From: Chiloscyllium plagiosum
Taxonomy: Eukaryota
Direction of reading: 5' to 3'
NCBI RefSeq assembly: GCF_004010195.1
Contig: NC_057737.1
Location: 13,442,748 to 13,506,747, forward strand
Length of the DNA: 64,000 bases
The notes below the pieces were generated by a model. It did no database searches. It was not told the origin of the DNA and saw nothing but the letters and a program-made list of their open reading frames with translations. The translations under genes and the position numbers were made by a program. Positions 38,274 through 49,194 of this stretch are shown one piece after another (within the stretch, counting starts at the first letter, position 1; each line of letters begins with the position of its first letter).

Positions 38274-40715
38274 CAACACTATACATTTGTGCCATATAAC
38301 TGCCAGGCAATGACCATCGTTAAGAAAATAAAATCCAATTTGCTACCCCAAACTTCAAAGGCATTACATTCTCTGAATCTTCTATTATTAACAATCTAGG
38401 TGTTTTCACTGACTAGAAACTGAATTTGAATTCTGCTGAGAGTGAGTGACCACCTTATTCCTCAAAGTTTGTCAATCTACAAGGCATAATCAGGAGTGTA
38501 ATTGAGCGCTCTCCCCTTAGAGCTACAATGCTCAAAAAGCCCAACACCATTCAAGTCAAATCAGTCTGCTTACCTGGCACGCCATTAACCATCAACATTT
38601 TTTCCTTTCAACACTGATGCACAGCGGCAGCAGTGTTGTAATGAAAAGTGTATAACTTACATGCATTAACTTATGTTGAGAGTTTGTATCTCAAACTAGT
38701 GCCATATGTGTGTTTGTCCATTTTTGTGAAGGTGTTTTAAACGTTAACTTGGTCAGTCTTTCCAGAACTTTAAACTAGTATATGCCTCCCAGAGTGCGAA
38801 TGGAAATGTGGTTATATCGTGTGGGTTTGTGACCAGAGAGAGAAAACATTAAGCCACTAGCTTAGCAGAAACTAGGATAAGTGTTTTAAATTTAGTTCAA
38901 AAGCTTCTGGGGAGATGAAAGGAGATCTAACCAGAGTGAGAAACAGGTACAGCCCCTTCTAGAATGGGAGACTGTTCAAAGCAGTTAAGGAAATAAATTA
39001 CCTCAGTGAAAGGTGTAGTCTGTGAAACTTCCAGACCAAAAGTGTTTGATTATAACCCTCAGACTTTTATGATGCTGAGAAAGTCTAAGCTCTCAGTGGT
39101 ATCAATTGTCAAGTGAAAAGGTTTCACAGCTCATGGGACCAGAACTGAGAAGAAGCAGTTAAGTCAAACCTACAAATTCGATGGAGAAGGAATTTCTCTG
39201 GATCTTGTAAAGTGATGGTTTTGCGAAATAGCTAGGATTATGCTAACTGTGTGTTTTTATATTTTTCAAACTATGTTACATTTAAATAGCTTTGCTTGTC
39301 TTATTTTAATGTTATGCTTTTAGTGTAATAAATTTCTATTTTGTTGTTCATACTGAATCTGTAGCATTGTGCTTCAATGAAAGAAAGCCATATTAAAACA
39401 AAATATGATCCAATAAACCAGATTTTGTTCTTGGATCTGGGTTCTCCAATAGTAATACCAGCTCGCATCGTAACATGTGTAGCATCTGCAAGATATGCTG
39501 CCGCAACTCATTTGGATTCCTTCATTGGCACCTTGTATAAAACCTTAAGATATAGGCCATTAAGACCATTTAATCTCCTTCAACATTCAATGAGATCATG
39601 GCTAATCTGACAATTCCCAAATACACTTTCCTGCTTTTTCCCTACACACCACAATTCCCCTTCTGACTCAGCCTTGAATGTACTTAATGACACAACCTGA
39701 TGCAAAGTACTCATTCACCTCCACTACCATTTCCTGGTTCCTCATTATTATTTCACCAACATCATTCTCTGAGGAGTCTACATTCTCTTTTTCTTGCTTT
39801 TTATATATTGAAGAAAGTCCTTACTGTCCTTTTTAAATTACTTGCTAGTGTACCCACGAAGTTTATTTTCTCCCTTTTTGAGTCATATTTTGATGGTTTT
39901 TAAAACTTCCTAATACTCTGGGTTATCACTAATCTCTGTAGCATTGTACATTTGTTTCTTTCAATTTGATGCTATCCTTAACTTCCTACCACAGGGTCTC
40001 ACCAAGGATAGTTCTTAGGAGGCTGGTTTGCCTGGCAAAGGCAGAATGGTCCATTATGAGGAAAAGAGTCAAAGATTGACCTATGCTTCCCTGTCAGAGG
40101 ATCTGACAGTGACATTGGCTTTAGCCATCTTAGAATATGGAGCTCAATATGCCAAAACTAAGCAGGCTAAAGGAGCTCTTGCTGATGCAAATGGGGCATA
40201 AACTATGGAAGAATACATGCTGATCGCACAACAAAAAGTAACAAAGTATTTGCAAGAACTTTTCTTACAATTGGTTTAACATTCTCCACAATATCTGCAC
40301 AAGGTACAAAGTATTATAAAAGCTTAGTAAAAACCTGGACATTATGGAAAGTAACTACGATGGGCCATCTGCATTCCATTGGAGAGAAACGTATCAATGT
40401 GTGCAGATTTCCCAGCTTCGCTCAGCTCCTTTTTCCCAACTGAAACAGATTTTGAGAAAACAAGAGTGTATGACAGACAGAAAACTGATACAAAGGGTGG
40501 ACCTTTGGGATGTCTAAATGAATGGATCAGATTGATTTCAAAACTTATGATAGGTGAATTAATAGATATTTTCACTGAACTGGTGCAACTTCTACAGAAA
40601 TCTGAGAGACTCAATGAAAGTCATGAAAAGCCATGGCATCCAATTTTAATGCAAATTGAAAGTTTTACCATGAACAATTAAAAGCAAGTACCACAGGACT
40701 CTGTTCATTGCTTAC

Positions 40716-41042
40716 CTTCTACACTCACTTGGATGTAGCGTTTGATTGGTTTGTCTACACTGGCATGCTCAACTCGACATGTATACGTAACACCGTTGTC
40801 CTTGAGGGACGCTGTGAACCGGAAAAAACTGGTCACGTTGTAGGTGCCATCCATGTTCCGCTTGTGGGGTGAGAAGATGACATTGGTCATGTAAACGGGC
40901 AGCATGTGCCTCTCACCCTTCTGCCGCAGCCACTTCACCTCTACATCAAGTGGATAATACCGCCCTGCGTCACAGACCAGCTTTTGTTCATCCCCTTCTA
41001 TAAGGGAAACCGAATTGGGGTACACTGAGACAATGGGCGACT
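40716..41042 (-). CDS. TAPBPL: Tapasin-family gene exon 5, IgC1 domain
   Basis: 327 nt, phase 1 to 1. LVCDAGRYYPLDVEVKW...DGTYNVTS...YTCRVEHAS is a C1-set signature. Confidence 0.93.
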
Positions 41043-41799
41043 CTACAAAATAAGCAAACATACTGTATTGCAACTTCACAACAACTGAACACACATTCAA
41101 GTTTTACAGGTGATCTTTAACACTTAGGATTTTCAGCTTTCCATCCATTTAATTAGAATAACATTGAGAACACAACAAGTAACCAAGAAATATCTTTTTT
41201 TAAAATCATACAGCCTTTGACAGTAATATTTGCTGTACAATCATGTTACACTGTTAACACACTATGTCAAAAGTTGGTGAAACAGCTTGTATTTGATGGA
41301 AAATTATGATGACAGCAGCAGGGCACAGATAACAACATCCATCTGTGAAGCCTCAGCATTTGCTCAGTTTACAGTACAGGACAACAATAACCCTGCACTG
41401 CTTCCCCAAGCCTACACTGCTAAATTTGGTTCACTTGTCTCTACAGCAGAATCTCAACCCAGGCCCATATCCAAACACAGAGAATGCTGGAGAAACTCAG
41501 CAGGTGGACACACAGCATCTGAGGAGAGGGGAATTGAGTTAACACTTTGCTTTGCTGGTACAAATCTGAACAACTTACACTCGACATTTCTACCTGATCA
41601 GAAAATGCACCTGGCTATAGGTTGGAATAATTAATCCAGGTGCAATTTCTGGAGGAACAACTTCAGCTTTATTCAGGAGGCAGTAAGGTGAAAATGATCC
41701 TTCTGCTGACTCCTGCACTGTTCTGTTACCAAATTAATACATTTCCACCGTCATCTGTTCATTTCAACTCTAGCTAATTTATGTGATTGACAATCTTAC

Positions 41800-42138
41800 C
41801 CATAATCTCCACCTCGATGGTGTGAGTTCCAAAGAGTGGAGGCACATATACAGAGCAAAGATAGGATCCCTCATCTTTAATGCCAATGTTTCTTAGGAGG
41901 AGTGAAGCATTTCCCTGCTTGATCTGGTCCATGAATAATTCAACTCCTTTCTCAATGTATTCAACCCGCTGATGTCGCCCATTGTAGGCGAACAATTTCT
42001 TCTTATTCCCTTTGTGCTGATATCGCCAGTCAATGTTAAAGTCGGTGCTGTGATCAATCTTGTAGCCACAGTCCAGAACAAGGTCTTGCTTCAATTTGGT
42101 TCTGATCAATGGGGTCCTGGTGTGCACAATATAGGCCA
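41800..42138 (-). CDS. TAPBPL: Tapasin-family gene exon 4, IgV domain
   Basis: 339 nt, phase 1 to 1. V.TRTP...L...LDCG...WRYQHKG...GNASLLL....DEGSYLCSV is a tapasin-type V-set signature. Confidence 0.93.
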
Positions 42139-42425
42139 CTAACAAATTTAAAAAAAAAGTCATTACCATCCATTTTTGTAACAGTTAAATCACTACATAC
42201 AACTCAGCCAAAACTATTTGAAACTGTACTTTCCCTCAAGTTCAGCATCTTAAATATGTGGTTGGAAGTTGTTTATGTTACATCGATGTTTCATCTCTTG
42301 CGTTATTATTGAAATTGACAGAGTTTTAATAGGCTTATGAGAAACAAATATTGCCCACATCCCACACACATTCTTGCAGCACTCACTCTGAACATGCACT
42401 TACCTGGTCAACATTCAAATATTAC

Positions 42426-42716
42426 CTTGAACAAACAGAGTGTCAGTGTCAGCGATGACTAAATCTTCATCATCAGGTTTTGCTTCACTTTTCTTAACCT
42501 TCTGGCTATCGGGCTCTTCTATCTTCCTCATGAAGCTGGTTACAGTGAATCTGCTAGGTGAATGTCTTAAAGTCACTGTGAACCATACGTCCTCAATGGT
42601 CTCCTTACCCTGGTGTGGCCAGGGCTCATGGATGCCATGAGTAGAATACCGACTAATTTCACATCCCACTGTGTCCAGTTTCTCGTCCGCATATTGGAAA
42701 ATATCTAATGAAGATT
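42426..42716 (-). CDS. TAPBPL: Tapasin-family gene exon 3, N-terminal domain (ESSLDIFQY...VGCEISRYSTHGIHEPWP...WFTVTL...DTLFVQ)
   Basis: 291 nt, phase 1 to 1, canonical AG/GT. CEISRY..W....WF motif of the tapasin family. Confidence 0.88.
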
Positions 42717-42994
42717 CTGTTAAAAAAACGATTGATTCACATAATAATTAACAGCAAGTTATTAGAAATGGATGCAAATCAGAGAAAAGTCTCAATACAA
42801 ATGAAGCAGAGTTTGCTGTTCCTCCCACATTGTAAGATCCTAGAAACCTTTCTGAGTATATTGAATTTAGAAATTGAAAATATACATACTTTTCATAGAC
42901 TAAATTCAGGGAGCTGAAGAACCTGTAGACCTGAGAGTCCCAAAAGATGTCTTCCAACTAAACACTGAATATGCTGTCTAACTTTTGATTGAAA

Positions 42995-43345
42995 TAGAGT
43001 CAAGATTAGAGTGGTGCTGGAAAAGCACAGCAGGTCAGGCAGCATCCAAGGAGCAGGAAAATCAATGTTTCGGGCAGGAGCCCTTCATCAGGAATGGGGC
43101 TGAGAGCCTCCAGGGTGGAGAGATAAATGTAAGGGGGGGGGGGGAAGGGGCTGAGGAGAAGGTAGCTAAGAGTACAATAGGTGGAATGGAGGTGGGGAAA
43201 AAGGTGATAGGTCGGAGAGGAGGGTGGAGCGGATAGGTGGGAAGGAAGATTGGCAGGTAGGACAGGTCATGAGGATGGTGCTGAGCTGCAAGGTTGGAAC
43301 TGGGGTAAGGTGAGGGAGGTGAAATGAGGAAATTGTGAAGTGAAG
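42995..43345 (-). mobile_element. Penelope-like pLTR fragment
   Basis: Reverse complement of 32070-32378-like sequence. Confidence 0.75.
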
Positions 43346-44039
43346 TCCAGTGAAGTCCACTTTTTGATTGAAACAGGTCAACCTTCTTGAGTCAGCTAAC
43401 CCTGTCACGTTACCATTTCAGAAGTTGTGCAGAATTTTTTCCTCCAACAATGGACTCTTGTTAATACCTTTTCCTCCAAGAAACAGAAAGAAATGCATTT
43501 ATTTAGCACCTTTCACAAGCTCAGGATATCTCCAAGAGTTTTTAAACCAAGGAATTACATTTGACAAGTAATCATTGTAGTAATATAAGAAATGCAGAAG
43601 CCAATTTAAGCACAGCAACCTGCCCAGGTATACTCCCAAAACTTCACTTTATTGGAAGACTCAGTAAATGAATTGCTTCACTATGTTAAGCTCCATATGC
43701 ACCAAATTGAACTGGGGTGTGTGCAAGATTGTTCGTTCTTTCACACTGTGTACTCTGACATGGCAATTCACATAACCTATGGCTGACGTTAATCCGAAAT
43801 GATTGCATCAATTTTATACTCTATTGGATTACAATCAAAAGACCATGCACAAAGTCTCTCCTAAACTCCATGTTAATTGTATGTCAATTATGTTCAATCA
43901 CTTGTGGTCTTAAAACAGTACCTGTTTGAAGTTGAGCACTTTAGTGAGAGGAGGCCTTCCTCAATATTCCTCCCCTAACCAGAAGGCATCAAACCCTTGG
44001 TGGCACCAATTGTCCTCCCTTGCTTAAATGTGCGTGTGA

Positions 44040-44248
44040 TGCGTGTGTGGAATGGGCTGCCAGAGGATGTGGTGTAGTACAATTGCAACATTTAAAAGGC
44101 ATTTGGATGGGAATATGAATAGGAAGGGTTTGGAGGGATATGGGCTGGGTGCTGGCAGGTGGGACTAGATTGGGTTGGGATATTTGGTCGGCATGGACGA
44201 GTTGGACTGAAGAGTCTGTTTCCATGCTGTACATCTCTATGACTCTAT
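44040..44248 (+). mobile_element. CR1 3' end
   Basis: Same 3' UTR and tail as 200-430. Confidence 0.85.
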
Positions 44249-44294
44249 ATGCAGGTGAATGGCATTCTTTGAGGCTTCACTTGATTGCACAGAA

Positions 44295-44680
44295 GGGGAC
44301 CCTACGTTCAGTGATAACTTACCTAGACTTAGGGGCCCAGGGTCAAGTCCCACCTGTTCCAAAGGTGTGTAATAACATCTCTGAGCAGGTTGATTAGGAA
44401 AAATAGATTTAATTTTAACAAATTACAAAGTCGATCACTTGTGGTACAGTTGTACTGTCCCTGAATTTGAGGCAGGAATCCTAGGTTGAAGTCCCATCTA
44501 CTCCAGAGGTATGTGACAACATCTCTGAACAAGTTGATTCAAAAATATAATTGAGTGCACATAGGGTCACTGTGTTACAGTGACAGTGTCCCTCTTGCTT
44601 GGTAGGAACGCATAGGTTAAAGTCCCACCTGCTTCAGAGGTGTGTTATAGCATCTCTGAGCAGGTTAATCAGAAAATATC
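44295..44680 (+). repeat. Three tandem copies (about 130 bp each) of a short tRNA-like SINE
   Basis: Repeated aagtcccacctg.tccagaggtgtgt.ataacatctctga.caggttgatt; related copies at 23690-23785 and 24040-24125 on -. Confidence 0.7.
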
Positions 44681-45361
44681 TTGAGCACACTTTAAAAGAC
44701 ACTGACTGAAACTGCTGCAGGACACAGAAACATAAAACTTAGGAACAGGAGTTTGCTATCTGATTCTTCAAGCCTGTTCAACCACTCAATAAAGACCAGG
44801 ATTGAGGTGATTCTGGTCCTTTTAAAGTATTGCCTTCACTGGCCATGCGTCACCCTATGAGTTTTCTTGCTCAGCTTCAGATCCTGGATTCATTTAGTGT
44901 TGTACAATTAAAGAGATACATACTGAAATTTAGCTAGACAGTAATTTGTCTTGAGGATATTTTTGACTGAGCTTGTCTGCTGGGAAACTGTAGGATCATA
45001 TGGAACATCTGTTCAAATCTTTGGCCAATATTATTCACCAGCAACTTAAAATAAAATCAGGCTGAATATAAAACCAGTGTTGCGCTTAAGTCTATTAATT
45101 TCCCAATAGGGGTTGATGGGTGTTACAAATCACCCTTCATGTGTTTTACAGCATTTATTACTCCTTTCCTTAGATATCAGTGGATTGTTTGAATTATTAT
45201 GAGCAATGCCATTGGAGATCTGCTACCCTAACAAAATAAACAATGCAGGACTTTAATACAAGTAATTTAGGGAGCATTAAAGCATTTCCATGCTGTTTTA
45301 CTCTGTGTACAGTAGGGGGCACGCCTGAGAGTATTGATTTGAGGATATGTTTCATCTTTAC

Positions 45362-45541
45362 CTTGAACTTTAAAAATAATGGCCTCCTCATTCGTAATGA
45401 TATCACCAAATAGTAGGTTCGCCTTCCTCTTGATGGTCTTTGGCCCAAACATATCAGCCCCTTCATTTTGTTTTTGTTCCACAAACACGCAGTCCAACTT
45501 TCTGCCTGGAATCCTTTGGCCATTCTGTGCCTGCACGATTC
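45362..45541 (-). CDS. TAPBPL: Tapasin-family gene exon 2 (GIVQAQNGQRIPGRKLDCVFVEQKQNEGADMFGPKTIKRKANLLFGDIITNEEAIIFKVQ)
   Basis: tttttaAG acceptor, G|GTAAAG donor; 180 nt, phase 1 to 1. LDC.FV(E) start typical of the tapasin/TAPBPR N-domain. Confidence 0.85.
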
Positions 45542-45991
45542 CTTAAAAATCCAGAGAAACAGCTAAAAAATAAAATTTTAACACCACTACACAAAATACC
45601 CAGGCACCTCAATAAACAAATCTTGTCACACTGATTCTCATCATATAAATTAATCTCACAGTGGCCTATGCGTTCAAAGTTCAAAAACATACAGTAAACT
45701 AAAAGTTGAACATTTCGTCCATTCGTAACAAGATCAATTTGCCATTTGATCAAAAGATTGTAGAACGCGAGAATATTAGCTAGGATTTTGCCCTCCTCCT
45801 AAAGTTTTCATTAGTGGGCTTCATTCTGAAGCCTACTCGCTTTACATGGTGCAGATTCTTTGTGAGTCCTGAAATTAAAGTAGTCTTAAATCCAAGTGTA
45901 CATGCACATTGCTGTTATATTACTTAATTGACTACAGTCAAACTAGCCTCAACCCTAATACGAAGTTAAGTATAAATAGATCTCTTTATTT

Positions 45992-47290
45992 CATAGAAGC
46001 ATAGGAGCAGGAGAAGGCCATTCAGCCCTATGAGCCTGCTCACTCATTAATTACGACCATGGCTGATCGTCCAACTTAATAGCCTAATCCTGCTTTCTCC
46101 CCATAACCTTTGACCCCATTCACCCCAAGTGCCAAATCTAGCTGTGCCTCTTGAATACATTCAGTGTTTTGGCATCAACTACTTCCTGTGGTAATGAATT
46201 CCACAGGCTCACTGCTCTTTGGGTGAAGAAACGGCTCCTCATCTCCACCCTGAATCCTTAGATTGTAACCCCTGGATCTGGACACACCCACCTTTGGGAA
46301 CATTCTCCCTGCATCTACCCTGTCTAGTCTGGTTAAAATTTTACAAATCTCTATGAGATTCCCCCACCCGTCTGAATTCCAGCGAGAACAATCCTAACCC
46401 AGTCAATCTCTCCTCATACATCAGTCCTGCCATCCCTGGAATCAGCCTGGTAAACCTTTGCTGCACTCCCTCGAGTAATAGCATCCTTCCTCAAAAAACG
46501 AGACCAGAACTGCACACCATATTCTCGGTGTGGCCTCACCAAGGCCCTGTATAAGTGCAACAACACATCCCTGCTCCTGTACTCAAAACTTCTCACAAAG
46601 AAGGCTAACATACCATTTGCCTTCTTTACTACCTGCTGCACCTGCATACCTACCTTCAGCGACTGGAGCACAAGGACACCCAGGTCCCGCTGCACACTCC
46701 CCTCTAACAGTTTGTACCCATTCAGGTAGCCATCTGCCTTCTTGCTTTTACTTCCAAAGAGAATAAACTCACACTTATCCAAATTATACTGCATCTGCCA
46801 TTGATTTGCCCAGATCATCCCGAAAGACCACTGCATCCTCGTCACAGTTCACCTTCTCTCCCAACTTAGTACCATCTACAAACTTTGAGATGTTACATGT
46901 TGTTCCCTCATCCAAGTCACCAATATATATTGTGAATAGCTGGGGTCCTAGCACTGATCCCTGTGGCACCTCACTAGTTTCGATTAGCTTAGATTCCCTA
47001 CAGTGTGGAAATAGGCCCTTCGGCCCAACCAGTCCACACCGACCCTCCGAAGAGTAACCCACCCAGATCCATTTCCCTCTGACTAATGCACCTAACACTA
47101 CGGGCAATTTAGCATGGCCAATTCACCTGACTTGCACATCTTTGGACTGTGGGAGGAAACCGGAGCACCCCAAGGCTGAAATCGAACCTTGGACCCTGGT
47201 GCTGTGAGGCAGCAGTGCTAGTCACTAAGCTCCAGTTACTACCTGCTGATTTGAAAAGGACCCATTAATTCCTACTCTTGGTTTCCGCGG
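45992..47290 (-). mobile_element. Degenerate CR1 with a nested HE1 SINE
   Basis: VPQGSVLGPQLFTIYI, KFVDGTKLG, LYRALVRPH. Confidence 0.85.
46982..47230 (-). mobile_element. HE1-type SINE
   Basis: Reverse complement of the other copies. Confidence 0.85.
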
Positions 47291-47654
47291 AATTTCAAAT
47301 CCAGTTGTAGGTTTCAAAGGCTTTCAACCAGACTGCACACCACTCTGTCCACTCAATTCAGTTCACAGGCCCACAGATAACCCTTAAGTAAAACCCTCAG
47401 ATTTCTGTAAACAACTCAGGCGGTGCCTTTTTCTCTGCTTAGGTTAGTTACGCACTCTCAGGCTCCAGTCTAATCAAACTAGAGTAGATTAAGATAGAGG
47501 TATAGAGCCTAAACATGCATTAACATGACTACATGGTAAAAAGGGGAGGGGTCACAAAAGCCATTTTATTCACCCCTCATTGACATTGTGAGCCAATGGT
47601 TTTCATCTCAGACTGACACGTTCACTGAAGACTATTCTGCAGATATCACCAACA

Positions 47655-48072
47655 GCCTCCTTCACCGCTGCTCTCTCACCACCAGACGCCTGGAGGAAGA
47701 ACATCTCATCTTCCGCCTCGGAACACTTCAACCCCAGGGCATCAATGTGGACTTCAACAGTTTCCTCATTTCCCCTTCCCCCACCTCACCCTAGTTCCAA
47801 ACTTCCAGCTCAGCACTGTCCCCATGACTTCACTGCTCCTCGAATGCTGCCTGAACTGCTGAGCTCTTCCAGCATCACTAATCCAGAATCTGGTTTCCAG
47901 CATCTGCAGTCATTGTTTTTACCACGGATTTGTCCTACCTGCCTATCTCCTATTCCACTGCACCCTCTCCTCCCTGACCTATCACCTTCATCCCCTCCCC
48001 CACTCACCTATTGTACTCTATGCTACCTTCTCCCCACCCCCACCCTCCTCTAGCTTATCTCTCCAAACCACT
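47655..48072 (+). mobile_element. Penelope-like fragment in tapasin-family intron 1
   Basis: TRRLEEEHLIFRLGTLQPQGINVDF; nested pLTR piece at about 47831-47922. Confidence 0.8.
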
Positions 48073-48157
48073 GCCGATTGCGGAACACAAATGCAAATCA
48101 TGACAATATTAAAACACGCTCTGCCTCTTTTATCCTGGACGCGTCCGACCTTCTTAC

Positions 48158-48203
48158 CAGCAGCAAAGATACAAAAATGCAACAGGAACATTTCCAGATA
48201 CAT
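48158..48203 (-). CDS. TAPBPL: Tapasin-family gene exon 1, signal peptide (MYLEMFLLHFCIFAA)
   Basis: ATG at 48203, donor G|GTAAGA; 46 nt, phase 1. Joins exon 2 to give a signal peptide ending ...FAAGIVQA. CpG-rich surroundings. Confidence 0.8.
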
Positions 48204-48234
48204 TGTGCATTCTCGGTTCAGGCGCGGTTCAGAC

Positions 48235-48251
48235 ACTTTCGGTTTCGATTT
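48235..48251 (-). promoter_or_regulatory. ISRE / IRF element upstream of the tapasin-family ATG
   Basis: Minus strand reads AAATCGAAACCGAAAGT, a perfect GAAANNGAAAGT core plus a third partial repeat, about 32 bp 5' of the ATG. Confidence 0.75.
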
Positions 48252-48649
48252 ACCGAGGAAGCTTCTGATCGTTGCAGTTGGAGGGACACCAGTTTCGAAA
48301 TGAGAATAGACTGGTGCGAGGTCTAAGCGAGAGGTGGAGTGTTGTTTATTTCTCGTGTGGTATTCCACCTTTAATGTACGTTGCAAAACGAAACCAATTA
48401 CAGGGAACTGTATTTAGTATACATTCAAGATTTTCCAATACAGTTAAACAGCGACTCTTTGCGAATGAGTGTTGGGGTAAGGTTGCCATGGATGTTTGCA
48501 GGACAGCTTTTATTTGGGGGGGTAGGGGTGGAGCGGAAGAGGGGAACTTTAGAGGGAGAAAAGGGGATTTGGAAATGTTTGAGTCAGATACACACTGAGG
48601 ACAAAGACACTAGCCTTTGACCGACTGGATATTACCAGCATGTACTATG

Positions 48650-49190
48650 GGAAAATGCCAAGTTCGTTTACAAGGGAGAAAGGTGGAACAGATTATTATT
48701 TAAATGAAGAGAAACAACAGAAAGCTACAACATAAAGGGTATTGGGCATTATTGTGCACGAAACACAGAAAACTAGCACACAGGTGCAGCAAGTAGTCCG
48801 GAAGGCTAATGGAATGTTAGTTCTTATTTCAACAGGGTTGGATTATAAGAGTAGGGAAGTCTTATTACAAGCTGCACAAGGAGCAGTCAAGACCATATCT
48901 GAGCAGTTTGGTTCTTTTATTTAAGGAAAGATGCCATTTCATTTGAGGGAGTTCAAAGAAAGTTCACTCGGACGATCCCTTATATGAAGGGATTGTTGTA
49001 TGAGCAAAAGCTGAACAGTTGGGACCCTACTCACTAGAAGTGGTATCATTGAGATATATCAGATTCTTACTGGGCTAGACAGGGTCAATGCTGAGAGGAT
49101 GTTTCCCCTCATGGGCGAATCTAGGACCAGAAGGCATATGACCAGAATAAGGCGGTACCTATTTAAGACCGAGCTGAGGAATTTCTTGAG
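48650..49190 (+). mobile_element. Old CR1 fragment
   Basis: QVQQVVRKANGML...DYKSREVLLQ. Confidence 0.7.
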
Positions 49191-49194
49191 ATGT

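Noticed and set aside
40379-40681. 100-aa + strand ORF in tapasin-like intron 5
   Set aside because: Non-ATG start, no recognisable motif and no splice support.
44295-44680. CRISPR-like repeated units
   Set aside because: Eukaryotic context; the units are diverged SINE copies without a repeat-spacer structure.
45542-45562. Alternative upstream acceptor for tapasin-like exon 2
   Set aside because: It adds an in-frame TAA.
33768-48203. Calling the gene classical TAPBP or an MHC region
   Set aside because: No Cys95 equivalent, no TM lysine, and no TAP, PSMB or class I genes in the window.
48541-48572. NF-kB-like sites upstream of the tapasin-like gene
   Set aside because: They lack the 3' CC of the GGGRNWYYCC consensus.
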